A DNA stretch of 64,000 nucleotides from an uncultured Sulfitobacter sp. (lineage in GTDB: Bacteria > Pseudomonadota > Alphaproteobacteria > Rhodobacterales > Rhodobacteraceae). The notes below the pieces were generated by a model that was not told where the DNA came from, ran no database searches, and worked only from the letters and a program-made list of their open reading frames with translations. The stretch is taken from assembly GCA_963976125.1 (NCBI GenBank), contig CAXBKL010000001.1:3644-67643 (forward strand), in the 5' to 3' direction. A program made the translations under genes and the position numbers. Position 1 is the first letter of the stretch, and every line of letters begins with the position of its first letter. Below are positions 20,332 through 31,009 of this stretch, in pieces.

Positions 20332-20943
20332 CTATTGCAGTGCCTGAACCTCGTCTTTTTGCGCCTGCGGCAAGGCATCCAGCAACTGCTGTACGCTGCG
20401 TCCCAGGATCGGATGCACCCAGTCCGGCGCGATGTCAGCCATCGGGACAAGAACAAATGCGCGGTCCTGCATTCTGGGGTGCGGCAGGATCAATTCGCCC
20501 GGCGTTTGGCCAATTTGCGCCTCAAGTGACAGATTGCGCCACCGGGCGTGGGTCGACAGGTCCGGCAGCACCAGATCACCATAGGCAATCAGGTCCAGAT
20601 CGAGCGTCCGCTGGCCCCAGCGCTGCACTCTTTCCCGCCCCATCTCCGCCTCTATGACGTGAAGGTTGCAAAGCGTTTCCGATGCGGTCCAGTCGGCAGA
20701 AAACCGCACTGCGGCGTTCACATAATCCGGTCCATTTCCAGCAGGGAACGCCGGGGTGTGGTAGAATGAGCTGGTGGCGCGAATCATGGCGCCTTGTTTT
20801 GCGAGTATCCCAAGGGCTGATTTGAGAGTTTGAAGCGGGCCGCCTGCCACTGACGTTAGGTTACCGCCAAGCGCAACCATAATGTGTTCAGGGGAGTTAG
20901 GTGGTTTTTGGCCGACTTGTCCGGGACCATGGTCTTGAAGCAT
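20332..20943 (-). CDS. folK: HPPK (2-amino-4-hydroxy-6-hydroxymethyldihydropteridine diphosphokinase)
   Basis: ALGGNL, YVNAA, RWGQRTLDLDL, PHPRMQDRAFVLVP. Start uncertain. Confidence 0.92.
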   Translation of the reverse strand: MLQDHGPGQVGQKPPNSPEHIMVALGGNLTSVAGGPLQTLKSALGILAKQGAMIRATSSFYHTPAFPAGNGPDYVNAAVRFSADWTASETLCNLHVIEAEMGRERVQRWGQRTLDLDLIAYGDLVLPDLSTHARWRNLSLEAQIGQTPGELILPHPRMQDRAFVLVPMADIAPDWVHPILGRSVQQLLDALPQAQKDEVQALQ

Positions 20944-21067
20944 GCTCAGAAATCCGTAGGTATGCGCTTTGGTGAAGCGACTGTTTAAAAGGCACCCGCC
21001 GACCAAGGATCGGCGCACCGCCACGCGGACATAATAATAAGGGCGGATACGCCTCAGAGGAAAGACA

Positions 21068-21613
21068 ATGTTTTACAAGGATGAGCGACTCGCGCTCTTC
21101 ATCGACGGCTCAAATCTCTATGCCGCGGCAAAGACCCTTGGGTTTGACATCGACTACAAACTGCTTCGGCAGGAGTTCATGCGTCGCGGCAAGCTGCTCC
21201 GCGCATTTTATTATACCGCTCTGCTGGAAAACGATGAGTATTCACCGATCCGCCCCTTGGTGGACTGGTTGAACTACAACGGTTTCACAATGGTGACAAA
21301 ACCGGCCAAGGAATACACCGACAGCATGGGCCGCCGCAAGGTCAAGGGCAACATGGACATCGAACTTGCCGTTGATGCGATGGAGTTGGCCCCGCATGTG
21401 GATCACATCGTGATCTTTTCCGGTGACGGCGATTTCCGCCCGCTGGTCGAAAGCCTGCAACGCAAGGGTGTGCGGGTCTCCGTTGTCTCGACTATCCGCA
21501 GTCAACCGCCGATGATCTCGGACGATCTGCGGCGTCAGGTTGATAACTTCATCGACCTTGAAGATTTGCGCGATGTCATTGGACGCCCGCCACGCGAAAC
21601 CGATCACGAATAA
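21068..21613 (+). CDS. NYN domain protein (LabA/DUF88)
   Basis: FIDGSNL, KGNMDIELAVD, SGDGDF. Confidence 0.9.
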   Translation: MFYKDERLALFIDGSNLYAAAKTLGFDIDYKLLRQEFMRRGKLLRAFYYTALLENDEYSPIRPLVDWLNYNGFTMVTKPAKEYTDSMGRRKVKGNMDIELAVDAMELAPHVDHIVIFSGDGDFRPLVESLQRKGVRVSVVSTIRSQPPMISDDLRRQVDNFIDLEDLRDVIGRPPRETDHE

Positions 21614-21837
21614 ACGCCATCGGTCGGGCCAGAGTGCATTCTCAGGGTCCGGCCAGGGCAGGCTTTCGGGGTTCGTCGACCAGTGCCGTGGCCCTGCTCA
21701 CCTTCCATCAAGGGCACCTTCCGATCTGAAGCCGCCTTTGCCCCACAACAATCATGTCGACTGCAATTGCGTCGCTCTGGCCACTGGACGATCACACTTG
21801 CAGTAATTAGGACGGATCCGAACCGTCGGAGTGTCCC

Positions 21838-22788
21838 ATGACCAATGCGCCCCTAACTCTTTACCTTGCCGCGCCGCGCGGGTTCTGTGCAGGCGTGGAC
21901 AGGGCCATCAAGATCGTCGAAATGGCGATCGAAAAATGGGGGGCGCCTGTCTATGTCCGCCACGAAATCGTCCATAACAAATTCGTGGTTGACGGGCTGC
22001 GGGATAAAGGCGCTGTTTTTGTCGAAGAGCTTGCCGAGTGCCCCGATGACCGCCCGGTCATTTTCTCCGCTCATGGTGTGCCCAAATCCGTCCCGAACGC
22101 CGCCGAGGCGCGCAATATGATCTTTGTTGACGCAACCTGCCCGCTGGTCAGCAAAGTCCACATCGAAGCGCAGCGCCATTCGGACGCGGGCCTGCAGATG
22201 ATTATGATCGGTCACGCAGGTCATCCTGAAACCGTCGGTACAATGGGGCAATTGCCCGAGGGCGAGGTTTTGCTGGTCGAAACCCCCGATGACGTCAGCA
22301 AGGTTGAGGTCCGCGACCCTGCCAAGCTGGCCTATGTGACCCAGACCACACTCAGCGTTGACGACACCGCAGAAATCGTGGCCGCGCTTCAGATCCGCTT
22401 CCCCGCCATTGTCGGCCCCCACAAGGAAGACATCTGCTATGCCACGACAAATCGGCAGGAAGCCGTCAAGGCGATAGCCCCGTTGTGCGATGCCATGCTT
22501 GTTGTCGGTGCACCCAATTCGTCCAATTCCCGGCGGCTGGTTGAAGTTGGCACACGCGCCGGATGTGGCTATGCGCAACTGGTCCAGCGCGCGACAGACA
22601 TTGACTGGCGCAGTCTCTCGGGCATCTCCAGCATCGGCATCACTGCGGGTGCCTCCGCGCCGGAGGTCTTGATCAACGAGGTCATCGACGCCTTCAAGGA
22701 TCGTTTTGATGTGACCGTCGAGGTGGTTGAAACCGCGCAGGAAAACGTGGAATTCAAAGTGCCCCGCGTGCTTCGTCAACCGGCCTGA
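21838..22788 (+). CDS. ispH: 4-hydroxy-3-methylbut-2-enyl diphosphate reductase
   Basis: [33 protein letters not shown]. Confidence 0.97.
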   Translation: MTNAPLTLYLAAPRGFCAGVDRAIKIVEMAIEKWGAPVYVRHEIVHNKFVVDGLRDKGAVFVEELAECPDDRPVIFSAHGVPKSVPNAAEARNMIFVDATCPLVSKVHIEAQRHSDAGLQMIMIGHAGHPETVGTMGQLPEGEVLLVETPDDVSKVEVRDPAKLAYVTQTTLSVDDTAEIVAALQIRFPAIVGPHKEDICYATTNRQEAVKAIAPLCDAMLVVGAPNSSNSRRLVEVGTRAGCGYAQLVQRATDIDWRSLSGISSIGITAGASAPEVLINEVIDAFKDRFDVTVEVVETAQENVEFKVPRVLRQPA

Positions 22789-22968
22789 CCCGGACATACA
22801 AGAGGCCCGAACAGATGAACTCAGTCCTGTTTCCGCTGAACGCCCTGAATGTTGTTTCTGCGCGGGGGACTGGCACCGTTTTCACGCCGCGTTTGGCCAC
22901 CCTGCTGCACCGCGGGGCGCTGCCGGGTTGTCCGGCGCTTGAACGCGCCTGATACAAGGGACCTGAGC

Positions 22969-23427
22969 ATGTCGATCACCCGTATCCCTCCTGTCGCTCT
23001 TTTGCTCGGCCTTGCTGGTCTGATCCCCTTTGTCTGGGGTGCATTACTGGTTTTGGGCATCTGGGCGCCGGGGTCGTTTGAAGTGCCAAAAGTCCTGTCC
23101 GGCGACGGCCGCCTTGTCATGATCCGCTATGGCGGCATCATCCTGCCCTTCATGTCCGGTGTCCTGTGGGGGTTCGCCACCCGTGCCGAAGGCGCGCAGG
23201 CGGCGATGGGCTATGGGTTTTCGGTTGTGCCCGCCCTGTGGTGGTTCTTCATGCCGGGCGCGGGAGTAATCAGCGCGCTCATCAATCTTGCCACGGGATT
23301 TGCCGGACTTCTTTTGCTTGATTACATGTTCCAGCGCTGGCACCTCGCGCCCGCCTGGTGGCTGACCCTGCGCCTTCAGTTGACCATTGTGGTCCTGCTG
23401 TGCCTTGGGATAGGAATTTGGGCATGA
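22969..23427 (+). CDS. DUF3429 membrane protein
   Basis: GLAGLIPF...YGGIILPFMSGVLWGF; TM-rich. Confidence 0.8.
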   Translation: MSITRIPPVALLLGLAGLIPFVWGALLVLGIWAPGSFEVPKVLSGDGRLVMIRYGGIILPFMSGVLWGFATRAEGAQAAMGYGFSVVPALWWFFMPGAGVISALINLATGFAGLLLLDYMFQRWHLAPAWWLTLRLQLTIVVLLCLGIGIWA

Positions 23428-24017
23428 GTGACACCGAAACCCTGAAAATCTACGCCGCGAAGGCCGATGAATACGCGTCCCTGACCGAAAGCGCCGTGGT
23501 CTCGGACCCAAACCTCAAGGCATTTGTGCAAACCCTTGCCAGGGGTGGCCACGTTCTTGATCTGGGCTGTGGTCCGGGGGGAGCAGCCCATGTGATGGCC
23601 GACGCGGGCCTGCTTGTGACCGCCACGGATGCCGTGCCAGAAATGGTCGCACTGGCCGGCGCCCACCCGAATGTTACCGCACGCCTCGCGACCTTTGACG
23701 ACATCACCGGCACAGCCCTCTACGACGGCGTTTGGACCAACTTCAGTTTGCTGCATGCCCCACGGGCCGACATGCCCTGCCATCTCACGGCCATTCACCG
23801 GGCATTGAAACCGGGTGGATCCTTCCACATCGGGCTGAAAACAGGAACCGGGTCAAGCCGCGACCGCCTCGGTCGGCTCTACACCTATTATTCGGATGAT
23901 GAACTCAGCGCCCTGCTGGCGCAAGCAGGCTTCACCATCACCGGCCGCACCTTTGGCCGCGACCGGGGCCTGGATGGCACACCTGCTGACTGGATCGTGA
24001 TCCGCGCCCATGCCTGA
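23424..24017 (+). CDS. Class I SAM-dependent methyltransferase
   Basis: VLDLGCGPG motif I; start overlaps the upstream stop. Confidence 0.88.
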   Translation: MSDTETLKIYAAKADEYASLTESAVVSDPNLKAFVQTLARGGHVLDLGCGPGGAAHVMADAGLLVTATDAVPEMVALAGAHPNVTARLATFDDITGTALYDGVWTNFSLLHAPRADMPCHLTAIHRALKPGGSFHIGLKTGTGSSRDRLGRLYTYYSDDELSALLAQAGFTITGRTFGRDRGLDGTPADWIVIRAHA

Positions 24018-24462
24018 GCTGTTTGCCTACACCGATGGGGCCTGTTCCGGCAATCCCGGTCCGGGTGGATGGGGCGTCCTGATGCAGGCCAAACAGGGCG
24101 AAACCGTCTTGAAGGAACGCGAACTGAGGGGGGGCGAGCCTAAAACAACCAACAACCGCATGGAGTTACTGGCCGCCATCAACGCCCTGGAAGCGCTGGA
24201 ACGTTCAACCGAGATCACCATTGTGACAGACAGCAACTACGTCAAGAACGGCATCACCGGCTGGATCCACGGATGGAAAAAGAACGGTTGGAAAAACGCC
24301 GCGAAAAAGCCGGTGAAAAACGCCGAACTCTGGCAACGTCTCGATCTGGCCAATGCCCGCCACCAGGTGACTTGGGAATGGGTCAAGGGCCACGCCGGTC
24401 ACCCCGAAAACGAACGCGCCGATCAGCTTGCCCGCAATGGCATGGCCCCGTTCAAACCATGA
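24010..24462 (+). CDS. rnhA: Ribonuclease HI
   Basis: [40 protein letters not shown]. Confidence 0.97.
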   Translation: MPELFAYTDGACSGNPGPGGWGVLMQAKQGETVLKERELRGGEPKTTNNRMELLAAINALEALERSTEITIVTDSNYVKNGITGWIHGWKKNGWKNAAKKPVKNAELWQRLDLANARHQVTWEWVKGHAGHPENERADQLARNGMAPFKP

Positions 24463-25082
24463 CGTTGCTGGCGTTGCTGGACTATGGGTCGGTCCTGATC
24501 TTCGCGATCACCGGGGCGCTGGTAGCCAGCCGCGCCCAGCTTGACCTGGTCGGTTTTGGCTTCATCGCCTGCCTGACCGCCCTGGGTGGCGGCACCATCC
24601 GCGACCTGCTCCTGGATCGCAATCCGATCTTCTGGATTGCCAATCCGACCTATCTGGCCCTGGGCGCGGCGGCGGCGCTGGCGGTCTTTTTCACCGCGCA
24701 CCTGCTGGAAAGCCGCTACCGCACACTGATCTGGCTGGACAGCTTCGCCCTCGCTATCGCAGTTGCCGCAGGGGCTGGTGTCGCCCTTTCGCTGGATCAA
24801 TCCGCTGTCATCGTCATCCTGATGGGGATGATAACGGGCTGCATGGGCGGCCTGCTCCGTGACGTCGTGGTCGGAGAGGTGCCGCTGGTCCTCAAACAGG
24901 GAGAACTTTACGTGACCGCCGCCTTCGCCGGTGCCGCCTCTGCATCGCTTGCTGCATCATTCCTGTCCGATACCGCCCTTGCCCTGCTCTTGTGCGCCGC
25001 CGTCACATGGATCCTGCGCGCGGGCTCCCTCTTCTTTGGCTGGCATCTCCCCGTCTACAAAAGCACCCCACCCAAACCCTAA
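24459..25082 (+). CDS. TRIC cation channel / UPF0126 membrane protein
   Basis: FAITGAL...[12 protein letters not shown] and the repeat [11 protein letters not shown]. Confidence 0.87.
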   Translation: MTLLALLDYGSVLIFAITGALVASRAQLDLVGFGFIACLTALGGGTIRDLLLDRNPIFWIANPTYLALGAAAALAVFFTAHLLESRYRTLIWLDSFALAIAVAAGAGVALSLDQSAVIVILMGMITGCMGGLLRDVVVGEVPLVLKQGELYVTAAFAGAASASLAASFLSDTALALLLCAAVTWILRAGSLFFGWHLPVYKSTPPKP

Positions 25083-25259
25083 GGCACTTCTCGAAATACC
25101 AGATGCTTGGGCGATCCCGCCACGCGCTGAACCCGATGACTCAGGTGATCTGGAATTTTCCACACATGCGGCCGACACCGATCCCGCGCTTCATCTTTCC
25201 CCTAAACTCCCGCCGGAGGCACGCCTTGCCCCTGGGCAAGGCCATAATAGAATCAATCC

Positions 25260-25496
25260 CTATCGCCGCCAATGGAACGGAACGATGATCAGGGCCCCGA
25301 TGGCTGAGACAATCGCATTCATGCCCGGACTGGAAAATCCGAACCCAAACATGATCCGCACAAAGTAGAACAAAAACGCGCCGCCAACACAGATGATGAT
25401 CGACTGCAATATCCCATTGTGGGTCCATCCGGTCTTTTCCGAGGCGTAGCCGATGATCCCGGCAATCACCACCGTACCGAACAACTGCAAGAACAT
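25260..25496 (-). CDS. GlsB/YeaQ/YmgE family small membrane protein
   Basis: 78 aa; IAGIIGY...IICVGGAF...IVSAIGALIIV. Confidence 0.65.
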   Translation of the reverse strand: MFLQLFGTVVIAGIIGYASEKTGWTHNGILQSIIICVGGAFLFYFVRIMFGFGFSSPGMNAIVSAIGALIIVPFHWRR

Positions 25497-25508
25497 CCGC
25501 CGCGCCTC

Positions 25509-26414
25509 CTACAAGATGGTCCCCGGCGCGATTTGTGCACCGCTTTGGAAAACACCAACATCCTGCGCAGCCTTGCCTGCCCGTTGCAAGCGGGTAAGCT
25601 GCACCGCGCCGGTGCCGCAGGCCACCCTCAGACCGGCATCCAGCACCGTGCCAGGCGCGCCGGACCCGGCCGCAATGCACGACCCCAGCACCTTGATCCG
25701 GGTGCCCTCCAGGTCAAACCATGCACCCGGATAGGGCGACAACCCGCGAATTTTCCGATCAACGTCAACCGCGGCCCGCGACCAGTCGATCCGCGCCTCT
25801 GACTTGTCTATTTTCGCCGCATAGGTCACGCCGCCGGTCGGTTGCTGCACCGCGTCCAACCTGTCCAGGTTGGACAGGGTCTCAACAATTGCCTGCGCGC
25901 CCAGCACGCTCAATGCGTCATGCAGGACTGCGGTGGTATCCTCCGGCCCGATGGGCACTCTTCGCCGTATCAGGACCGGACCGGTATCCAGACCTGCATC
26001 CATCTTCATGATGCATATGCCCGTTTCCGCATCCCCTGCCATGATGGCCCGGTGGATCGGCGCCGCGCCGCGCCAGCGCGGCAACAGACTTGCGTGAATA
26101 TTGAAACATCCGCGTAGCGGTGCGTCCAGGACAGCCTGCGGGAGGAGCAGGCCGTAGGCCACGACGACCGCCGCTTCGGCATTCAGCGCGGCAAATGCCT
26201 GTTGCGCTTGCTCAGTCTTGAGCGACACCGGATGCATCACCTTCAACCCCAACGCCTCGGCGCGGCGCTGAACCGGGCTGGGCCTGTCCTTTTTGCCCCG
26301 ACCCGCTGGTCTGGGCGGCTGGCAATAGACCGCAGCAATCTCGTGACCCGCGTCAACAAGCGCGTCCAGTGCAGGCACGGAAAAATCGGGGGTGCCCATA
26401 AAGACGATCCGCAT
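25509..26414 (-). CDS. fmt: Methionyl-tRNA formyltransferase
   Basis: [34 protein letters not shown]. Confidence 0.97.
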   Translation of the reverse strand: MRIVFMGTPDFSVPALDALVDAGHEIAAVYCQPPRPAGRGKKDRPSPVQRRAEALGLKVMHPVSLKTEQAQQAFAALNAEAAVVVAYGLLLPQAVLDAPLRGCFNIHASLLPRWRGAAPIHRAIMAGDAETGICIMKMDAGLDTGPVLIRRRVPIGPEDTTAVLHDALSVLGAQAIVETLSNLDRLDAVQQPTGGVTYAAKIDKSEARIDWSRAAVDVDRKIRGLSPYPGAWFDLEGTRIKVLGSCIAAGSGAPGTVLDAGLRVACGTGAVQLTRLQRAGKAAQDVGVFQSGAQIAPGTIL

Positions 26415-26417
26415 CCC

Positions 26418-26915
26418 CTACCCCTTCATCTTGCGCGCACGGCGCAATAGCATGTCGCGTTTGACCTTGCTGAGATTGTCGAAATACATCCGCCCTGCCA
26501 GATGATCGATCTGATGCTGAACGCTGGTCGCCTCCAGGCCGACAAACTCGCCCCGAGAAATCACGCCGTTCTCGTTCATGTACCGCACGCTGACCGCGCG
26601 CGGCCTGCTGATCCTGGCCGAAACCCCCGGCAGGTTGGGGCTGGCTTCCTCATGCTCCCGAAGGGTGCCCGAAACTTCGAGTATCTGAGGGTTGGCTAGG
26701 CGGATGCGCTTGCTGCGGTCGGTGCTAGCGTCAACAACAGCCAGTTGCAGCATCACGCCAATCTGCGGGGCGGCAAGGCCAACCCCTGGCATGGCATCCA
26801 TCGTTTCAATCATATCGTCCCAGATTTCCCGGATCTCATCCGTGATCTGTGTCACCTTTTCGCAGGGCCTGCGCAGGCGCTTGTCCGGCCATGGGATGAA
26901 GGGCCGCGCGGTCAT
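26418..26915 (-). CDS. Peptide deformylase-like protein with degenerate active site
   Basis: GVGLAAPQ intact, but EGCLS is EASPN and HEXXH is HQIDH. Confidence 0.85.
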   Translation of the reverse strand: MTARPFIPWPDKRLRRPCEKVTQITDEIREIWDDMIETMDAMPGVGLAAPQIGVMLQLAVVDASTDRSKRIRLANPQILEVSGTLREHEEASPNLPGVSARISRPRAVSVRYMNENGVISRGEFVGLEATSVQHQIDHLAGRMYFDNLSKVKRDMLLRRARKMKG

Positions 26916-27409
26916 TGTGCACCATACGCTGCAATCAGCGCCTCTCTGTCCGGCGCGCGGAGGTGATCCAGGACCACAACCCCGTCAAGGTGATCCAATT
27001 CGTGTTGAACGCAAGCGGCGGCAAAGCCGTCGAATGACTGCACAAAACGCCCGCCATTCACCCCGGTCCAGACCATTTGCACCTGCGCCGGGCGGCTGAT
27101 GTCAGTACTGACGCCGGGGATGCTCAGGCATCCTTCGGACTGGGTCACGCGCTCTTCGCTGACCTCCTGCAACATCGGATTGATACAGACAATCGGATCC
27201 GATTTACCTTCTTTCCAGCCGGCATCCATAACAAATATGCGTTTCATTACACCCACCTGCGGTGCCGCCAACCCGCGACCGGGGGCGTCATACATGGTAT
27301 CCAGCATGTCCTGGGTCAGGGTTTCAATTTCGGAGGTGATGTCAGCAATCGGTTCACAGGTCTGTGCAAGGCGCGGATCGGGCCATTTCAGGATGTGCAG
27401 GATGCTCAT
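26912..27409 (-). CDS. def: Peptide deformylase paralog 2
   Basis: GRGLAAPQ, EGCLS, QHELDH all intact. Confidence 0.93.
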   Translation of the reverse strand: MSILHILKWPDPRLAQTCEPIADITSEIETLTQDMLDTMYDAPGRGLAAPQVGVMKRIFVMDAGWKEGKSDPIVCINPMLQEVSEERVTQSEGCLSIPGVSTDISRPAQVQMVWTGVNGGRFVQSFDGFAAACVQHELDHLDGVVVLDHLRAPDREALIAAYGAQ

Positions 27410-27924
27410 CCCCGCGCCAGCTCGCGTTTCAGCTTGACCATCTTGCGGGTCATCATCTGGCGCTTGAGGGGTTTGAGGTAGTCGATAAAAAGTTTGCCGT
27501 TCAGATGGTCGATCTCATGCTGCACGCAAGTCGCCCAGAGCCCGTCGAAAGTTTCCTGCTGCGGTCTGCCATCCGGGTCCATCCAGGTCACATCGACGAT
27601 TTCCGGCCGGGTAACGTCCGCAAACAGATCGGGCAGTGACAAACAGCCCTCTTCATAAACGTTGGTTTCCTCCGAAGAGGCGATGACTTCGGGATTGAAC
27701 ATGACCAGCGGGCGCGGCGTATCGCCTTCCTTTTTGACACAGTCCAGCACGATCAGCCGGTCAAGGACGCCAACCTGCGGGGCCGCAAGGCCAATGCCCG
27801 GCGCATCATACATCGTGGCAAGCATATCATCCGACAAAGCCCGCAATTCATCCGTGATATCCTCAACGGGTTTGGCGGCCTTTTTCAGGCGTGGGTCGGG
27901 GTGCAAAAGGATCGTTCGTTTCAT
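27406..27924 (-). CDS. def: Peptide deformylase paralog 1
   Basis: GIGLAAPQ, EGCLS, QHEIDH all intact. Confidence 0.95.
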   Translation of the reverse strand: MKRTILLHPDPRLKKAAKPVEDITDELRALSDDMLATMYDAPGIGLAAPQVGVLDRLIVLDCVKKEGDTPRPLVMFNPEVIASSEETNVYEEGCLSLPDLFADVTRPEIVDVTWMDPDGRPQQETFDGLWATCVQHEIDHLNGKLFIDYLKPLKRQMMTRKMVKLKRELARG

Positions 27925-27960
27925 GTGACTGATTTAGGGGATGCCAGACCGCGCTGCAAG
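27925..27960 (-). promoter_or_regulatory. Putative promoter of the def-def-def-fmt operon, possibly leaderless
   Basis: CTTGCAG...CTAAAT, then 7 nt to the ATG; no SD sequence. Confidence 0.45.
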
Positions 27961-28284
27961 GCGGCTCACCGACTCACATGAACCGGTCCATTGCTGCATT
28001 TTCCGGAAATCGGTGTGGTTTGATGCCTGCGCGTCATCGCTCCTTTGGGTGCAGGCCGACCAGGGGGGCCGGATGCGGCAAGAACACGGGGTTGCAGCCC
28101 TGGCAGAAATTCCAACTGTTCCGGCCTGCATCTGATTGAAATACAACCAATATCGACCCCCGACCCGCCCCCGTTGGCAGAAACACTGCCCGTCTTTCAG
28201 GGCCGCAGGCAAGCGGCGGCGGCCAGCCCCTTGCAGTCGCGGACGATGTCGCTAGCTTGCGCGTCGACAAGAGGAGCCGCCCCT

Positions 28285-29454
28285 ATGAATTTCGACGAGG
28301 TTATTGACCGCCGTAACACCCATTGCGCCAAGTGGGACAAGATGGAAGCCATCTATGGGGTTCCCAGTGACACAGGCATCGCCATGTGGGTCGCAGACAT
28401 GGATTTTCGCCCTCCGCAGGTGGTGCAGGATGCGCTGCAAAAACAATTGGACCACGGTGTCTATGGCTATTTTGGGGATGAAAGCGATTACCTCGCCGCG
28501 ATCCAGTGGTGGATGAGCAACCGGCATGGGTGGCAAATCGAACCGGAATGGGTGTTCACAACTCACGGCCTGGTTAACGGCACGGCCATGTGTGTAGACG
28601 CGTTTACCGATCCCGGTGATGGCATTGTGCTCATGACGCCAGTTTACCACGCCTTTGCGAGAGTCATCAACGCAGCCGGTCGAAAGGTCGTGGAATGCCC
28701 GCTTGCCAACATCGCGGGCCGCTACGAATTGGACATCGAGGCTTGGGATGCGCAGATGACCGGGGCGGAAAAAATGCTGATCCTGTGCTCTCCGCACAAC
28801 CCCGGCGGCAGGGTCTGGAGCCGGGAAGAACTGCAAGCCATCGCTGACTTTGCAAAACGTCATGACCTTGTTCTGGTTTCGGATGAGATTCATCATGATC
28901 TGGTCATGCCCGGCCATCGCCATACCCCGATGGCGCTGATCGAAGGCATTGCTGATCGGTTGGTCATGATGACTGCCACCACAAAAACCTTCAACATTGC
29001 AGGCAGCCATTCAGGGAACGTGATTATCGCCGATCCTGACCTGCGGGCCCGTTTTAACCTGCGGATGATGGCATTGGGGATTTCGGCGAATTCCTTTGGC
29101 CTGTTCATGGCCACGGCGGCCTATTCACCACAGGGTGCGGCATGGGTGGATGAGCTGGTCGAATACCTCGACGGCAACCGCAAGATCTTTGATGAGGCGG
29201 TCAATGCGATACCTGGATTGGCGTCGATGAACCTCGAATCGACCTATTTGGCTTGGGTGGACTTTGCAGACACCGGGATGCCGATGGAGGAGTTCACCCG
29301 TCGGGTCGAAAAGGACGCCGGCATTGCGGTGAACCATGGCCTAACTTTCGGCAAAGGCGGCGGCAGCTTTCTGCGGTTCAATATCGCAACGCCGCGCGCA
29401 CGCGTCGAAGATGCCTGCACCCGGTTGGCAACGTCGTTCGGGGATCTTCAGTAG
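28285..29454 (+). CDS. PLP-dependent MalY/PatB cystathionine beta-lyase-like protein
   Basis: MWVADMDF, LCSPHNPGG, SDEIHHD, TKTFNIAG; GAGGAG RBS. Confidence 0.9.
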   Translation: MNFDEVIDRRNTHCAKWDKMEAIYGVPSDTGIAMWVADMDFRPPQVVQDALQKQLDHGVYGYFGDESDYLAAIQWWMSNRHGWQIEPEWVFTTHGLVNGTAMCVDAFTDPGDGIVLMTPVYHAFARVINAAGRKVVECPLANIAGRYELDIEAWDAQMTGAEKMLILCSPHNPGGRVWSREELQAIADFAKRHDLVLVSDEIHHDLVMPGHRHTPMALIEGIADRLVMMTATTKTFNIAGSHSGNVIIADPDLRARFNLRMMALGISANSFGLFMATAAYSPQGAAWVDELVEYLDGNRKIFDEAVNAIPGLASMNLESTYLAWVDFADTGMPMEEFTRRVEKDAGIAVNHGLTFGKGGGSFLRFNIATPRARVEDACTRLATSFGDLQ

Positions 29455-29505
29455 CGGCAGACGGAGACGCAAAACCCTGCCTGACAGTGCGGCAGGGTCA
29501 TCCGC

Positions 29506-29859
29506 CTATCGCGCGTCGGTAATCAGGGCCGCAGGAGCGCCGTCGGGGCGTTCAAAATCAAGCGCCGCCGCATGAACCACAGCCGTTGCCCGTTTGAATT
29601 CGTACTGCATCTGGCCTGCGTCCTCTTCGCTTTTCACGATCAGGCACTGGAAAAGGTGATTGGCCCCGTCATACAGATCGACAAGACCGCGCAATTTCGG
29701 CGCGTCTTCGGCAAGAATGGAAAAACCGGTTTTCCACATACGCAAGACCGGATGCACCCGGCCATCCACCTCAATCCGAAGCCGAGATGACTTGCGCAGG
29801 CTCTTGAGCCGGGCCGCATCCAGACCTTCCTGAATCTCTTTCGACAAAACAGCTTCCAT
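29506..29859 (-). CDS. Hypothetical protein
   Basis: 117 aa; GGGAGG RBS; typical codon usage; no family recognised. Confidence 0.75.
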   Translation of the reverse strand: MEAVLSKEIQEGLDAARLKSLRKSSRLRIEVDGRVHPVLRMWKTGFSILAEDAPKLRGLVDLYDGANHLFQCLIVKSEEDAGQMQYEFKRATAVVHAAALDFERPDGAPAALITDAR

Positions 29860-30034
29860 GACCCCTCCCAGAAAGATGCAACGTCATTGCTGACGAAATA
29901 AGAGGGATTATCAAGCCAGGAAATTGAAATTTTATTACTCTGTGCATCTCCGCACCACTGTTGCGCTGTAAGAGGTGTATCTCTGATGCAGCGGACCCAC
30001 TACATCTACCCCAAGCAAGGCAGGGGAGAGCGAT

Positions 30035-31009
30035 ATGGGCCTTTTGGTTGACGGGAAATGGCAGGACCAATGGTATGAGACCAAGAATTCAGGCGGGAAG
30101 TTTGAACGTTCTGCGGCCAAATTCCGCAATTGGATCACCGCAGATGGCAGCGCGGGACCATCCGGCACCGACGGTTTCAAGGCCGAATCAGGCCGCTACC
30201 ACCTCTATGTCAGTTATGCCTGTCCCTGGGCCCATCGCACCCTGATCTTTCGTGCGCTCAAGGAGCTGGCCCCGCATGTTGAAGTCTCTGTGGTGCATCC
30301 CGATATGCTGGGTGACGGCTGGACCTTCGAGACGGACGCACATGGTGCAACCGGCGATACGCTCTATGGAACCGCATTCGCCCGCGACATCTATACCAGA
30401 GCCGATCCGAATTTTACTGGTCGGGTGACTGTCCCGATCCTTTGGGACAAACACCGCGAAACGATCGTGTCCAACGAAAGCTCCGAAATCATCCGCATGT
30501 TCAACAGTGCATTCAATGACATCACCGGAAACGACGTCGATTTCTGGCCTGCAAACCTGCGCGACACCATCGCGCCCCTGAATGACCGCATCTATGACAC
30601 GCTCAATAACGGCGTTTACAAATCCGGTTTTGCCACCACCCAAAGCGCCTACGACGATGCGGTGGTGCCGCTTTTTGAAACGCTGGACTGGCTCGAAAGC
30701 ATGCTGTCGGAAAACCGTTACCTGACGGGGGACCACATCACCGAAGCCGACTGGCGGTTGTTCACTACCCTGGCGCGGTTTGATCTGGTTTATCACCTGC
30801 ATTTCAAATGCAACCGCAAGCGGATCGCGGACTATCCCAATCTGTGGGCCTATACCCGTGAGCTATACCAATGGCCCGGCGTGGCGGACACTGTGAACTT
30901 TGACCACATCGTGCGCCACTACCATTTCAGCCATGAAACCATAAACCCGCACCGGATCATCCCCATCAACCCGGTTCTGGATTTCGACGCCCCGCATGGG
31001 CGCGGTTAG
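30035..31009 (+). CDS. Glutathionyl-hydroquinone reductase (GST omega-like, YqjG)
   Basis: YVSYACPWAHR, RVTVPILWD, IVSNESSEI, NNGVYKSGFA. Confidence 0.93.
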   Translation: MGLLVDGKWQDQWYETKNSGGKFERSAAKFRNWITADGSAGPSGTDGFKAESGRYHLYVSYACPWAHRTLIFRALKELAPHVEVSVVHPDMLGDGWTFETDAHGATGDTLYGTAFARDIYTRADPNFTGRVTVPILWDKHRETIVSNESSEIIRMFNSAFNDITGNDVDFWPANLRDTIAPLNDRIYDTLNNGVYKSGFATTQSAYDDAVVPLFETLDWLESMLSENRYLTGDHITEADWRLFTTLARFDLVYHLHFKCNRKRIADYPNLWAYTRELYQWPGVADTVNFDHIVRHYHFSHETINPHRIIPINPVLDFDAPHGRG

